NCBI GenBank assembly: GCA_046735335.1
Contig: JBKPTE010000046.1
Span: forward strand, 32,080-96,079
From: Acidobacteriota bacterium
Lineage (GTDB): Bacteria; Acidobacteriota; Vicinamibacteria; Vicinamibacterales; 2-12-FULL-66-21
Direction: 5' to 3'
Length of the DNA: 64,000 nt
In this document: positions 26,817-39,878 of the stretch, in pieces
Numbering within the stretch: position 1 is the first letter of the stretch
Layout: each line of letters begins with the position of its first letter
Program-made: the position numbers and the translations under genes
The notes under the pieces: generated by a model
What the model saw: the letters and a program-made list of their open reading frames with translations, nothing else
Database searches by the model: none
What the model was told of the DNA's origin: nothing

Positions 26817-28540
26817 CACTCGCGCTCCTTCGCTTGATCCGTCCGGCCGCTCCCGGCCTTCTTAATCCGTCGCTCCGCAGGCGGGCGCACGGTCCGCTGC
26901 TGCATCGGTCCGATCAGCCTGTTCGTGATCATCTGCTGCCCGATACCCCAGAGGTTGCTCACCGTCCAGTACAGCAGGAGACCGCTCGACCACCAGAGCG
27001 ACATCCCGGCGAGGACGACCGGCATGACCAGCATCATCTTCTGCTGCATCGGGTCGGCGGTCGTGGGCGTCATCCGCTGCTGGAAGAACATCGTCGCGCC
27101 CATGAGCACGGGAAGCACGTAGTACGGATCGGGCGCGACCAGATCGTGAATCCAGAGGATGAACGGCGCGCCGCGCAGCTCGATGGCGACGGCGAGCAGC
27201 GAGTAGAACGCGAACAGCACGGGGAACGTCAGCAGCATTGGGACGCAGCCGCTTGCGGGGTTGACGCCGCGCTCCCGATAGAGGTTCATCAGCTCGACGT
27301 TCATCTTCGAACGCGCGGGATCGCTCATCTTGAGCTTCGCGTAGCGATCCTGAATGGCTTTCACCTCGGGCTGAATCTCCTGCATCTTGCGCATGGAAAC
27401 CACGCTCTTGTGCCGGAGCGGGAACATCGCGAGATTGATCAGCACCGTGAGGATGATCACGGACCATCCGTAGTTGCCGACGAACCCGTTGATCCACTTG
27501 AGCGCGCGCAGCAGGGGGACGGCGAGCCACGCAAACATGCCGAAGTGGATCGCGCGGACGAGGTTGCGATCCACCGAGGCAAGGACGTCGAAATCCTTCG
27601 GCCCGAGGAAGAACGTCGCGTCCGTGGGCGGCGACGGGAACACCATCCACCAGCGGACGAAGTGGGCGCCCTCCGGATTCGACGGCATCTGGACGTTGAG
27701 CGGCTGGTACTCGACGCGAACGGGCGTCTTCGGCGCGACGAGCGCGTCCAGGAAGTAGTGGTCGTCCACGCCGACGAATCCGAACGTGCCTTCCTGGACG
27801 GCCTGCGCCGGAATCTTGTCCTGCGAGACGCGCGTGACGCTGCCGTCCTTGTAGAAGATCGGCTGGGAGGGGGGATTGTAGCTGCGCGAGTGCGGCACGA
27901 GGCCGCCGCCCAGCGACGGACCGCCGTGCACCGTGAAGCTCACGGGCTGGCCCGCGCGCGTCACGGACGCGGAGAACACGAGGACGTACGGCTGCGCGGC
28001 GGAGAGGACGAATGTCTTGTGCGCTTCGAGCCCGCCGGCGCCGCGGAAGTCCAATCGCAGCGTCTGCTGGCCTTGTTCGACGTGAAGGGCGTCGGCGCTT
28101 GCCGTGAAGCTGCCGTTCTCCAGCTCGTTCGAAAGCGCGGCATCCTGCACGCTCAACGTGAACGGCAGCGGCACGTCCGCGCCCACCGTCTGCGGGACGA
28201 GCTCCAGGGTGGCCCCTGCCGTATCGCGATACGTCTTCAGGCGCCAGCTCTTGAGCGCGCCGCCTCTCGTGGTGAATGTCGCGCGCACGTACGCGTTGTC
28301 CACGGTGATATCACGCCCCTCGATCGACGGTGCGCTGGCGGGCACGGGCGTCGCCGGCCGCTGCGTGGACGGCGCAGGCGGCGGCGATGAAGCCGGTGCG
28401 GCCGGATTCCCTGGCTGCGCGGCGGCGCCCGACGCCGGCGTTCTGGCCGCCGGCTGCTGCGGCTTGGACGGCAGAAGGAACTGGAAGCCTGCGATGACCA
28501 GGAACGAGAGGACGACGAACAGCAGAACGTTGCGCTGCAT
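26816..28540 (-). CDS. yidC: membrane protein insertase YidC
   Basis: From ATG 28540: N-terminal TM helix, large periplasmic domain, then a conserved core (YGWSVIILTVLINLAMFPLRHKS...MQEIQPEVKAIQDRY...GCVPMLLTFPVLFAFY). Confidence 0.95.
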   Translation of the reverse strand: MQRNVLLFVVLSFLVIAGFQFLLPSKPQQPAARTPASGAAAQPGNPAAPASSPPPAPSTQRPATPVPASAPSIEGRDITVDNAYVRATFTTRGGALKSWRLKTYRDTAGATLELVPQTVGADVPLPFTLSVQDAALSNELENGSFTASADALHVEQGQQTLRLDFRGAGGLEAHKTFVLSAAQPYVLVFSASVTRAGQPVSFTVHGGPSLGGGLVPHSRSYNPPSQPIFYKDGSVTRVSQDKIPAQAVQEGTFGFVGVDDHYFLDALVAPKTPVRVEYQPLNVQMPSNPEGAHFVRWWMVFPSPPTDATFFLGPKDFDVLASVDRNLVRAIHFGMFAWLAVPLLRALKWINGFVGNYGWSVIILTVLINLAMFPLRHKSVVSMRKMQEIQPEVKAIQDRYAKLKMSDPARSKMNVELMNLYRERGVNPASGCVPMLLTFPVLFAFYSLLAVAIELRGAPFILWIHDLVAPDPYYVLPVLMGATMFFQQRMTPTTADPMQQKMMLVMPVVLAGMSLWWSSGLLLYWTVSNLWGIGQQMITNRLIGPMQQRTVRPPAERRIKKAGSGRTDQAKERE

Positions 28541-28547
28541 GGACGAA

Positions 28548-28799
28548 TCAATTCGACGAAGCCGGTTCCTTCGGGGCGCGCGCCGGAACCGGATCGAGCC
28601 CGGACCCGCCGAGAGGGTGACACCGCGCGAGCCTGCGCAGCGCGAGCAGTCCGCCCCGCAGCGCGCCGTGCATCCGGACGGCATCCGCGGCGTAGACGGA
28701 GCAGGAGGGCACGAAGCGGCACGCGCCCCCAGTCATCGACGCCAAGGTCAACTGATACAATCGGATAGCGCCAAGCGCCAGTCGCGCGCTGATCGTCAT
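28548..28799 (-). CDS. yidD: membrane protein insertion efficiency factor YidD
   Basis: From ATG 28799: ...[53 protein letters not shown] overlap with the rnpA stop. Confidence 0.85.
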   Translation of the reverse strand: MTISARLALGAIRLYQLTLASMTGGACRFVPSCSVYAADAVRMHGALRGGLLALRRLARCHPLGGSGLDPVPARAPKEPASSN

Positions 28800-29176
28800 T
28801 TGTCGGCTGGGCGCCGGCAGCGCCGCAGCGTGGCCCGGAAGTCCTCCTGGACGGCGGACCACCGGGCATCGAGCAGGGCGGGCTTCGGGATCACGACGAG
28901 ATCGAGCGCGGGCCGGGATGGGGCTTCCGTTCTGAAGACTTCTCGGATCAGGCGTTTCGCGCGATTTCTCACGACGGCGCCCCCCAGCCGGCGCGAGGCG
29001 ACGATGCCGAGGCGCAGGACCTCGCGGCGGTCGGTGTCGTTGTTCACGGCGCGGTCACCGGAGGACGCGATGATCGTGAAATATCGGCCATGAACTCTGC
29101 GACCGGTGTCGAATACCCGCTGGAACTCGGTACGGCGGCGCAGCCGGCGGGCGCGGGGCAGGGTCAGGGATGGCAT
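28796..29176 (-). CDS. rnpA: ribonuclease P protein component
   Basis: [23 protein letters not shown]...[27 protein letters not shown]. Conserved position after rpmH. Confidence 0.85.
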   Translation of the reverse strand: MPSLTLPRARRLRRRTEFQRVFDTGRRVHGRYFTIIASSGDRAVNNDTDRREVLRLGIVASRRLGGAVVRNRAKRLIREVFRTEAPSRPALDLVVIPKPALLDARWSAVQEDFRATLRRCRRPADK

Positions 29177-29231
29177 GGATGACGCCGGGCGGTCCGAACC
29201 GCCTCCCGGACTGCCGATGTTGCGGTCCTCT

Positions 29232-29378
29232 TCAGCGGGACGTCGAAACGGTCAGGCGCTTTCGCCCCTTGGCGCGACGTCGCTTGAGCACGAGCCGCCC
29301 GTTTTTCGTGCTCATGCGCACGAGGAACCCGTGCGTGCGCTTCCGGTGCCGCCGATTCGGTTGATACGTCCGCTTCAT
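29232..29378 (-). CDS. rpmH: 50S ribosomal protein L34
   Basis: Not in the ORF track (48 aa). The minus strand translates to [48 protein letters not shown], stop TGA 29234..29232. Confidence 0.92.
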   Translation of the reverse strand: MKRTYQPNRRHRKRTHGFLVRMSTKNGRLVLKRRRAKGRKRLTVSTSR

Positions 29379-29424
29379 GATGATGCCAGCCTGCCGCGAA
29401 TGTCGCGCAAAGGGAGAAACCCAA

Positions 29425-29454
29425 ATACTAGCGAAGCGGGAAGAGTCCTGTCAA
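29425..29454 (-). promoter_or_regulatory. candidate rpmH promoter TTGACA-N18-TAGTAT
   Basis: The minus strand reads TTGACAggactcttcccgcttcgcTAGTAT, 46 nt upstream of the rpmH ATG. Confidence 0.45.
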
Positions 29455-29478
29455 TTCAGGCCCGGAAAATAAGGGCGT

Positions 29479-29508
29479 TTGTCACACTCGAAAACGCTAT
29501 GCTACAGT
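29479..29508 (+). promoter_or_regulatory. candidate dnaA promoter TTGTCA-N18-TACAGT
   Basis: Back-to-back with the rpmH promoter. The DnaA-box trio lies 36-67 nt downstream of the -10 element. Confidence 0.35.
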
Positions 29509-29543
29509 CCGTTCCCCGCGCGCGGTTGGGTCAGCCCCCGAAG

Positions 29544-29575
29544 TTTTCCACAGGTGTGGAAAAAAATGTGGAAAA
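29544..29575. promoter_or_regulatory. cluster of three perfect DnaA boxes (TTTTCCACA)
   Basis: TTTTCCACA at 29544..29552 (+). TGTGGAAAA at 29555..29563 and 29567..29575 (-). All match the TTWTNCACA consensus. Confidence 0.75.
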
Positions 29576-29690
29576 ACCCGGAGGCGAAGGTCGGAAACCC
29601 CTTGTAACTGGCGGCGAAAAATAAGAGCTGGGCGGCCGGCCGCCGTGGGAACAGGGTTCGCTGAAGGCGAAAGGTCCCGGAATCGTAATC

Positions 29691-31022
29691 ATGACGGGCA
29701 CTAATCTCTGGGATCAGGTCCTCTCCCGGATCGAAACCAAGGTCAACCGGCACAGCTTCTACACGTGGTTCAAGCCGACCGCGTACGTCGACGAGCGTGA
29801 CGAAGCGGTCCGCGTACGGGTGCCGAATGCGCTGTTTCGGGACTGGCTGACGAAGCACTACTCGGCCGTCATTCAGGAGGCGCTTGCCGAGCTGAATCAT
29901 CCGACGACCGCCGTATCGTACGTCACGGACGAGGCGCCCGCGGTCGTACCACCCGAACCGCCAGCGGTCGCCCTGCCCGAGCCCATCGAGGAAGCCGTCG
30001 AGGAGGGAGGGGCCCTCAGCGCCCGGTACTCCTTCGACACCTTCGTCGTCGGGCCCTCGAACCAGTTTGCGCACGCCGCCTGCCGGGCGGTCGCGGAAGC
30101 GCCGTCGCGTTCCTACAATCCGCTGTTCATCTACGGCGGGGTGGGGCTCGGCAAGACGCACCTGATGCACGCGATTGGGCACTACCTGGTGAACCATCTC
30201 AAGAACCTGAAGCTGACATACATCTCGTCCGAGCGCTTCATGAACGAGATGATCAACGCCGTCCGCTACGATCGCGTCCTCGACTTCCGCGAGCGTTATC
30301 GCAGCGTCGACGTGCTGCTCGTCGACGACATTCAGTTCCTCGCGGGCAAGGAAGGCACGCAGACCGAGTTCTTCCACACGTTCAACGCCCTGTACGACTC
30401 GCAGAAGCAGATCGTCATCAGCAGCGACTGCCCGCCGCACGAGATCCCGCAGCTCGAGGAGCGCCTGCGTTCGAGGTTCGAATGGGGCCTGATCGCCGAC
30501 ATCCAGGCGCCGGATCTCGAGACGAAGACGGCAATCCTGAAGAAAAAGGCGGAAACGGAAGGGATTCCGCTCCCGGACAACGTCGCGATCTACATCGCGG
30601 GCAAGATCAAGTCGAACATCCGCGAGCTCGAAGGATCGCTCATCCGGCTCATCGCCTACGCGTCGCTCACCGGCCGTGAGATGTCGCTGCCGCTCGCGCA
30701 GGACGTGCTGCGCAACGTCCTGCAGAACGACGAAAAGGCGATCACGATCGAGATCGTCCAGAAGGCGGTCGCCGACTACTACCAGCTGAAGCTCGCCGAT
30801 CTGAAGTCACGCAACAACTCGAAGTCGGTCGCGATGCCGCGCCAGATCGCCATGTATCTGTGCAAGACGCTCACGAACGCGTCGCTTCCGGAGATCGGCA
30901 AGAGCTTCGGCGGCAAACATCACTCGACCGTCATACACTCCATTCGCAAGATCGAAGATCTCCGGCAGCGCGAGGGAGATTTCAACACCCTCATCAACAA
31001 CTTCATGGAGTCGTTTCGCTGA
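29691..31022 (+). CDS. dnaA: chromosomal replication initiator protein DnaA
   Basis: GGVGLGKTHLMHAIG, DDIQFLAGKEGTQTEFFHTFN, and a C-terminal DNA-binding domain (HSTVIHSIRKIE). Confidence 0.97.
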   Translation: MTGTNLWDQVLSRIETKVNRHSFYTWFKPTAYVDERDEAVRVRVPNALFRDWLTKHYSAVIQEALAELNHPTTAVSYVTDEAPAVVPPEPPAVALPEPIEEAVEEGGALSARYSFDTFVVGPSNQFAHAACRAVAEAPSRSYNPLFIYGGVGLGKTHLMHAIGHYLVNHLKNLKLTYISSERFMNEMINAVRYDRVLDFRERYRSVDVLLVDDIQFLAGKEGTQTEFFHTFNALYDSQKQIVISSDCPPHEIPQLEERLRSRFEWGLIADIQAPDLETKTAILKKKAETEGIPLPDNVAIYIAGKIKSNIRELEGSLIRLIAYASLTGREMSLPLAQDVLRNVLQNDEKAITIEIVQKAVADYYQLKLADLKSRNNSKSVAMPRQIAMYLCKTLTNASLPEIGKSFGGKHHSTVIHSIRKIEDLRQREGDFNTLINNFMESFR

Positions 31023-31033
31023 GGCGAACGGCG

Positions 31034-31260
31034 TTTTCCACAGCACCCGCCGCATCCCGGCTGTGGACGTCCTGTGCGCGCTGTCCGGGGTCCGAAACCT
31101 CAACAGGAACCGCCTGAAATCCCCTCCGCGGACCCACCGATCCTTCCACAAGCTAAGTAACAGATTTTCAAGGACCTACGGCTGATATTTCGCTTTTCAA
31201 CAGCACCTCTTTCTTGTTATAATTCTTTGTTCCGGTTTCTCTCCCTATTTTCTGAGATCA
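31034..31260. other. oriC: candidate oriC segment: DnaA boxes plus AT-rich unwinding region in the dnaA-dnaN spacer
   Basis: Perfect box TTTTCCACA at 31034..31042. Degenerate boxes: TGTGGAC 31062..31068, CCTTCCACA 31142..31150, TTTTCAACA 31194..31202. Region 31141..31260 is 47/120 = 39% G+C by hand count. Confidence 0.5.
31215..31223 (+). promoter_or_regulatory. extended -10 element TGtTATAAT (candidate dnaN promoter)
   Basis: TGTTATAAT lies 43 nt upstream of the dnaN ATG, inside the AT-rich island. No convincing -35 element. Confidence 0.3.
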
Positions 31261-31265
31261 CCACT

Positions 31266-32381
31266 ATGGAACTGGTCGTCCGCAAGACCGATCTGCTGCG
31301 CGAACTTCAGCTCTTCCAGGGCATCGTCGAGCGCAAGAACACGATCCCCATCCTCGCGAACGTGCTGCTCGAAGCCAACGGCGAGGAAGTGAAGATGCTG
31401 GCGACCGATCTCGAGGTCGGCCTGCGCAGCCGCTGCACGGCGAACGTGTCCAAGGGCGGATCGCTCACGCTGCCGGCGAAGAAGCTCTACGAGATCGTGA
31501 AAGCGCTGCCGGAGACGGACGTCCGGATCGAGGAAGACAAGGGGGGCGTGAAGGTCGCAGCCGATCGGTTCGACTCGCGCATGCAGACGCTGCCGCGGGA
31601 AGACTTTCCGTCGCTGCCCGAGGCGAGCGGCACCTACAGTGCGACGCTGCCGCGCGACGTGCTGCGGCAGATGGTTTCGAAGACGCAGTTTGCCATCACC
31701 GGCGAAGACACGCGGTATTTCCTGAACGGCGCGCTGTTCATCCTGCGTCCCGACTCGATGAGCCTCGTGTCGACCGACGGCCATCGCCTCGCGCTCATCA
31801 CGGTGCCGCGCGAGACGGGCAGGAAAGGCAAGCCGGAAGACGACGTGCGGGTGATCCTCCCGAGGAAGACGCTCCTCGAGCTGGGACGCCTGCTGACGGA
31901 AGGCGAAGGACCGATCCAGTACGAGCGCGGCGAGAACCATCTGTTCTTCGACATCGGCGGACGGCTGTTGATCTCGCGCATGATCGACGGCCAGTTCCCC
32001 GCGTTCGAACGCGTGATCCCGAAGAGCAACGACAAGCGCGTCGAGTTCGATCGCGATCGGCTGACCAGCGCCGTCAGGCGCGTGGCGCTGCTGTCGAACG
32101 AGCGGTCGCGCGCGGTGAAATTCCAGATCGACAAGGGCAAGGTCGAGATCGCCTCGAGCAGCCCGGAGTTCGGCGAGGCCAAGGAAGTGCTGATGGTCGA
32201 CTACGCGGCCGCGCCGGTCACGATCTGCTTCAACGCGCAGTACGTGCTCGACTTTCTCGGTGTGGTCGAGACGGACATCGTATCCCTCGAGTTCAAGGAC
32301 GAAATGAGCCAGGCCGTGATGAAGCCGGTTGGCGCCGAGGGCTACGAATACACGTACGTGATCATGCCGATGCGCATCTGA
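31266..32381 (+). CDS. dnaN: DNA polymerase III beta sliding clamp
   Basis: From ATG 31266: MELVVRKTDLLRELQLFQGIVERKNTIPILANVLLEA... ...YVIMPMRI. The track ORF starts 13 codons earlier at a TTG. Confidence 0.95.
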   Translation: MELVVRKTDLLRELQLFQGIVERKNTIPILANVLLEANGEEVKMLATDLEVGLRSRCTANVSKGGSLTLPAKKLYEIVKALPETDVRIEEDKGGVKVAADRFDSRMQTLPREDFPSLPEASGTYSATLPRDVLRQMVSKTQFAITGEDTRYFLNGALFILRPDSMSLVSTDGHRLALITVPRETGRKGKPEDDVRVILPRKTLLELGRLLTEGEGPIQYERGENHLFFDIGGRLLISRMIDGQFPAFERVIPKSNDKRVEFDRDRLTSAVRRVALLSNERSRAVKFQIDKGKVEIASSSPEFGEAKEVLMVDYAAAPVTICFNAQYVLDFLGVVETDIVSLEFKDEMSQAVMKPVGAEGYEYTYVIMPMRI

Positions 32382-32390
32382 CCTGACTGA

Positions 32391-35035
<2,645 letters not shown>

Positions 35036-35036
<1 letters not shown>

Positions 35037-35116
35037 TGAATTGGTGAACTCGTGAATCGGTGAATCGAAATTCACCAACTCAATTCACCAACTCACCAAT
35101 TCACCAACCCACCAAT
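35036..35116. repeat. tandem-unit inverted repeat filling the gyrB-gyrA spacer (GTGAAYNN x4 then YYCACCAA x5-6)
   Basis: GTGAA at 35036, 35044, 35052, 35060 (8-nt period). Centre GGTGAAT-CGAA-ATTCACC at 35059..35076. YYCACCAA at 35071, 35084, 35092, 35100, 35108. Ends 5 nt before the gyrA ATG. Confidence 0.9.
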
Positions 35117-35121
35117 TACAG

Positions 35122-37602
35122 ATGTCAGAAATCGCCGCGACCCGCGTTCCCGTCAACATCGAGGACGAGATGAAGCGCTCGTACATGGATTACGCGATGA
35201 GCGTAATCATCGGGCGAGCGCTGCCGGACGTCCGCGACGGCCTGAAACCGGCGCATCGGCGCGTGCTGTACGGCATGCGGACGATGGGGCTCGCGTCGAA
35301 CCGCGCGTACCGCAAGTGCGCGAAGATCGTCGGCGAGGTGATGGGGAACTTCCATCCCCACGGCGACGCGTCGATCTACGACACGCTCGTCCGGCTCGCG
35401 CAGGAGTTCAACATGCGCTATCCCCTGGTCGACGGCCAGGGGAACTTCGGGTCGGTCGATGCGGATCCGCCGGCGGCCATGCGCTACACCGAGGCGCGCC
35501 CCGAGCCGCTCGCCGAAGCGATGATGGCGGATCTCGACAAGGAGACCGTCGACTTCGTCCCGAACTACGACGAGAGCACCGAAGAGCCGACCGTCCTTCC
35601 GACGACGTTTCCCAACCTGCTCGTGAACGGGTCGGCGGGCATCGCCGTCGGCATGGCGACCAACGTGCCGCCGCACAACATGCGCGAGGTCATCGACGGC
35701 GTCCTCGCGGCGATCGAGCATCGCGCCGGCACGAAGCAGGAGCGGCTCAAGGCGGTGCTCCGCGCCGTCCCCGGTCCGGACTTTCCGACCGGCGGCTTCA
35801 TCGTCGGGCGCACGGGCGTCTACCAGGCGTACACGACCGGCCGCGGCGCGATCACCGTCCGGGCACGCGTGACAACGGAGGAATCGAAAAAGGGAGAGAA
35901 GACCTCCCTCGTCGTGACGGAGATTCCGTATCAGGTCAACAAGAAGCGGCTCATCGAGAGCATCGCGGAGCTGCACCGCGAGAAGACCATCGAAGGGATC
36001 TCCGATCTGCGCGACGAATCCGATCGAGACGGCATGCGGATCGTCATCGAACTGAAGCGCGGCGAAGTGCCGGAGGTCGTCCTCAACAATCTCTACAAGC
36101 ACACCCAGCTTCAGACGACGTTCGGCGTGATCATGCTCGCGATCGCGGCGGGCCGGCCGAAGATCCTGACGCTCCTCGACGTCATCGAGAACTTCGTCGA
36201 GTTCCGCCGGGAGGTTGTGCGCCGGCGGACGGAATTCGAGCTGCGCAAGGCGGAAGCGCGCGCGCACATCCTCGAAGGCCTGAAGATCGCGCTCGACCAC
36301 CTCGACGAGGTGATTAAGCTCATTCGCGGATCGAAGAGTCCCGTGGAAGCGCGCGACGGCCTGATCGTGCAGTTCAAGCTGACGCAGATCCAGGCGCAGG
36401 CGATCCTCGACATGCAGCTCCAGCGGCTGACGGGCCTCGAGCGGCAGAAGATCCTCGACGAGCTCGTGGAGCTGATGAAGACGATCGAGCGGCTTCGCGC
36501 GATTCTCTCGAGCGACGAACTGTTGATGCAGGTCGTAATCGGCGAGCTGAAGGACGTGCGGCAGAAGTTCGGCGACGATCGCCGGACGGAGATCATCGAC
36601 GAGAGCGGCGAGTTCCGCATCGAAGATCTGATCGCCGACGAGGACATGGCGATCACGGTGACGAACACGGGGTACATCAAGCGCACCGCGATCTCCACGT
36701 ACCGCGCGCAGCGCCGCGGCGGGAAGGGGCGCATCGGGATGCGCACCCGCGAAGAGGATTACGTCAGCCATCTCTTCGTGGCGTCGACGCACGCGTACAT
36801 CATGATCTTCACGAATCGCGGCCGCGCCTACTGGCTGAAAGTCCACGAGGTCCCCGACGTCGGCCCCGGCGGCAAGGGGAAGGCGATTGCGAACCTGGTG
36901 CAGCTCGAGGAAGGAGAGCACATTGCGGCGCTCCTGACGGTCAAGGAGTTCCCGGCCGAGGACGGCCAGCAGTTCGTCGTGATGGGCACCCGGAAGGGTG
37001 TCGTGAAGAAGACGGACCTCTCATCGTTCCGCAATCCGCGCGCTGGCGGCATCATCGCGATGGGCATCGAGGACGGAGACGCGGTGATTGCCGTTGAGCT
37101 GTCCGACGGGCACGAGCAGATCTTCCTCGGCACGCACGACGGGATGGCCATTCGCTTCGACGAGAACGACGTCCGGTCGATGGGACGCGGCGCCTACGGC
37201 GTCCGCGGGATCAGCCTGCGCGAGGGGGACGAGGTCGTGGCGATGGAGGTCGTCCGCGAGGGCGGCACGCTCCTCACGGTCGCGCAGAACGGCTACGGCA
37301 AGCGTACGGGCCTCGACGAATACCGCCTGCAGTCCCGCGGCGGCGTCGGCATCATCAACATCCAGACGAGCGATCGGAACGGCAAAGTCGTCGGCATCGC
37401 GTACGTCCACGACGACGACGAGTTGATGCTGATCAGCCAGCAGGGCATGATCCTGCGCATGAAGGCGGGAGACATCCGGACGATCGGTCGCGCCACCCAG
37501 GGCGTGCGGCTGATCGAGATGGAAGAAGGCGACGCGGTCGTCAGCGTCGCGAAGCTCGCGGAGAAGGAAGGGGACGAAGAGAGCGAGCCTACGCCGGAGT
37601 GA
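35122..37602 (+). CDS. gyrA: DNA gyrase subunit A
   Basis: Active-site region AAMRYTEAR, GyrA-box/beta-pinwheel C-terminal domain, acidic tail. Confidence 0.97.
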   Translation: MSEIAATRVPVNIEDEMKRSYMDYAMSVIIGRALPDVRDGLKPAHRRVLYGMRTMGLASNRAYRKCAKIVGEVMGNFHPHGDASIYDTLVRLAQEFNMRYPLVDGQGNFGSVDADPPAAMRYTEARPEPLAEAMMADLDKETVDFVPNYDESTEEPTVLPTTFPNLLVNGSAGIAVGMATNVPPHNMREVIDGVLAAIEHRAGTKQERLKAVLRAVPGPDFPTGGFIVGRTGVYQAYTTGRGAITVRARVTTEESKKGEKTSLVVTEIPYQVNKKRLIESIAELHREKTIEGISDLRDESDRDGMRIVIELKRGEVPEVVLNNLYKHTQLQTTFGVIMLAIAAGRPKILTLLDVIENFVEFRREVVRRRTEFELRKAEARAHILEGLKIALDHLDEVIKLIRGSKSPVEARDGLIVQFKLTQIQAQAILDMQLQRLTGLERQKILDELVELMKTIERLRAILSSDELLMQVVIGELKDVRQKFGDDRRTEIIDESGEFRIEDLIADEDMAITVTNTGYIKRTAISTYRAQRRGGKGRIGMRTREEDYVSHLFVASTHAYIMIFTNRGRAYWLKVHEVPDVGPGGKGKAIANLVQLEEGEHIAALLTVKEFPAEDGQQFVVMGTRKGVVKKTDLSSFRNPRAGGIIAMGIEDGDAVIAVELSDGHEQIFLGTHDGMAIRFDENDVRSMGRGAYGVRGISLREGDEVVAMEVVREGGTLLTVAQNGYGKRTGLDEYRLQSRGGVGIINIQTSDRNGKVVGIAYVHDDDELMLISQQGMILRMKAGDIRTIGRATQGVRLIEMEEGDAVVSVAKLAEKEGDEESEPTPE

Positions 37603-39862
37603 GCTTCGCGAACTTCGCGAGGAGCTTCTTCTGACCGACTGAATTGAACCGGACGGTCACCTTCAGATCATCCGTGTGCTCGTCCACCGCGAGGACCGTC
37701 CCGACGCCGAACTGCGCGTGCCTGACGCGCATGCCGGGACGCAACGGCGCGGCCGACTGATCTTCGTTTTCGTACGAATAGGCAGGCGCGTCTTCGCGGA
37801 ATCTGGCGCCGCGTCCCTTCCGCCCGTACGGGTTCGTCCGGAACTCGTAATGGGCGTGCGTGAACGTTCCCTGATACGCCGGCCTCTCGGCGTCGATGCG
37901 CTCGACGAGCTCGGGAGGAATCTCGACGAGGAACCGTGACGGCTGTGTGCCCTGGTACTCGCCGAAGATCCGCCGCCGCGCGGCGCCGGTGAGGACGAGA
38001 CGCGATTCCGCTCGCGTCATCCCCACGTAGAAGAGCCGGCGCTCCTCTTCCATCTCCGCCTCGTCCTCCGACGAGCGCGAGTGCGGGAACAGCCCGTCCT
38101 CCATCCCCGCGATGATGACGACCGGGAACTCCAGCCCCTTTGCCGCGTGCATCGTCATCAGCCAGACCTTCGCCTCGCGGGTGCCGGCCTCCTCGTCTGC
38201 CTCCGAGAGCAGCGAGAGGCGATCGACGAACCCGCCGATGGACGCGTCGGCTTCACGCGTCTCGTATTCGCGCGCGGCCGAGACGAGCTCCATGAGGTTC
38301 TCGATGCGTTCGTTGGATTCCTCGGAGTTGTCGTCGCGGAGATCGTTCAAGTACCCCGTCTGGTCCAGCATCTTGCCGATCGCGATCGAGACGGGATCCT
38401 GCCGAGCGACTTGCGCGAGCCCGACGAGAAGATCGCGGAAGACGCGGAGGGACGCGACGGCGCGGTTTCCGAGCTTCCCTTCGTCCACGGCGTACACGAG
38501 GCGGGCCCAGAGCGAGCGCGCGGAGCTGACCTCGGCGAGGCCTGCGGCGAGGAGCGGCGGTGCATCGGCCGCGATCGCGTCGGGATCGATGGCCTGCAGC
38601 GCGTCCATCACGCCCTTGCCGATCCCGCGCGCCGGCACGTTGATCACCCGCCGAAGGCTCACATCGTCGTGCGGGTTGATGATCAACTTGAGGTACGCGA
38701 GCGCGTCCTTGATCTCCTTGCGTTCGTAGAACCGCACGCCGCCGATGATCTTGTAGGCGACGCCTTCTCGCATGAGCGAGTCTTCAATCGCGCGCGACTG
38801 CGCGTTCGTGCGATAGAGCACCGCGAGGGTGGCGTCGAGGTCCTCGGCGCGCGCCTGTTTCGTGGTGCGCGTGATGAAGTCCGCCTCTTCGAGCTCGTCG
38901 CCGCCTCGGAAGTAGAGGATCTTCCGCCCGCCTTTGCGCTCCGTCCACAGGCGCTTGTCCTTGCGATTGCGGTTCTGCTGGATGACCGCGGTGGCTGCGT
39001 CGAGGATCACTTGCGTGGAGCGATAGTTCTGTTCGAGCCGGACGATCTTCGCCTCGGGAAAGTCGTGCTCGAAATCGAGGATGTTTCTCAGGTCGGCGCC
39101 GCGCCACTTGTAGATCGACTGATCGGGATCGCCCACGACCGCAAGGTTGCGGTGGAGCTCTGACAACCGCCGGATGAGGAGGTACTGCGGGCGGTTCGTG
39201 TCCTGATACTCGTCGACCATCACGTAGCGGAACTTGCGCGCGTAGCGCTCGCGCGTCGCCGCGGACGTTTCGAACAGCTCGACGGTCTTCAGGAGCAGAT
39301 CGTCGAAGTCGAGGGCGTTCGAGTCCGCGAGCGCGCGGATGTAGCGTTCGTAGATCTTCGCGATCTGCTCGTCGCGCAGGTTCCACTGTCCGCGCAGCGA
39401 GTCGGGCCCTTCCATCCGGTTCTTCGCCTGGCTGATGCGCGCGAGCGCCATGCGCGGCGGCACGAGCTTGTCGTCGATCCCGAGCTCGCGCTCAGCCTGC
39501 TTCACGACGGCGACCTGGTCGGACGAATCGTAGATGACGAAGTCGCGGGAGAGGCCGATGTGCGGCGCCTCGCGCCTCAGCAGCCGCGCGCAGAGTGAAT
39601 GGAACGTCGACAGCCAGATGCCGTTGCACTCCTTGCCGAGGAGCGACTCCACGCGGTCGCGCATCTCCCCCGCCGCCTTGTTGGTGAAGGTGACGGCCAG
39701 CACCTCGTCCGCCTTCGCATGGCCATCGCCGACGATGTAGGCGATGCGGTAGGTGATGACGCGCGTCTTTCCCGAGCCCGCGCCCGCGAGGATGAGAAGG
39801 GGGCCGTCGATCTGCAGCACGGCCTCACGCTGCTCGGGGTTCAGGTTCGCGAGGAAAGACAT
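37589..39862 (-). CDS. uvrD: ATP-dependent DNA helicase UvrD/PcrA family
   Basis: From ATG 39862: MSFLANLNPEQREAVLQIDGPLLILAGAGSGKTRV, YVMVDEYQDTNRPQY, VVGDPDQSIYKWRGA. The track ORF is over-extended to 40246. The 3' end overlaps the gyrA 3' end by 14 nt (convergent). Confidence 0.9.
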   Translation of the reverse strand: MSFLANLNPEQREAVLQIDGPLLILAGAGSGKTRVITYRIAYIVGDGHAKADEVLAVTFTNKAAGEMRDRVESLLGKECNGIWLSTFHSLCARLLRREAPHIGLSRDFVIYDSSDQVAVVKQAERELGIDDKLVPPRMALARISQAKNRMEGPDSLRGQWNLRDEQIAKIYERYIRALADSNALDFDDLLLKTVELFETSAATRERYARKFRYVMVDEYQDTNRPQYLLIRRLSELHRNLAVVGDPDQSIYKWRGADLRNILDFEHDFPEAKIVRLEQNYRSTQVILDAATAVIQQNRNRKDKRLWTERKGGRKILYFRGGDELEEADFITRTTKQARAEDLDATLAVLYRTNAQSRAIEDSLMREGVAYKIIGGVRFYERKEIKDALAYLKLIINPHDDVSLRRVINVPARGIGKGVMDALQAIDPDAIAADAPPLLAAGLAEVSSARSLWARLVYAVDEGKLGNRAVASLRVFRDLLVGLAQVARQDPVSIAIGKMLDQTGYLNDLRDDNSEESNERIENLMELVSAAREYETREADASIGGFVDRLSLLSEADEEAGTREAKVWLMTMHAAKGLEFPVVIIAGMEDGLFPHSRSSEDEAEMEEERRLFYVGMTRAESRLVLTGAARRRIFGEYQGTQPSRFLVEIPPELVERIDAERPAYQGTFTHAHYEFRTNPYGRKGRGARFREDAPAYSYENEDQSAAPLRPGMRVRHAQFGVGTVLAVDEHTDDLKVTVRFNSVGQKKLLAKFAKLTPA

Positions 39863-39878
39863 GGGGAGGAAGTCAGTA

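Noticed and set aside
29757-29772. Additional parS-like CACGTG cores (also 63132..63147)
   Set aside because: The flanking half-sites do not match GTTCCAC/GTGGAAC (more than 4 mismatches), and both lie inside coding sequence.
32382-32390. Expected recF between dnaN and gyrB
   Set aside because: Only 9 nt separate the two genes, so recF is simply not at this locus. This is not a missed feature.
35125-36921. 598-aa minus-strand ORF opposite gyrA, and 333-aa plus-strand ORF in another gyrA frame
   Set aside because: GC-driven shadow ORFs; gyrA is unambiguous.
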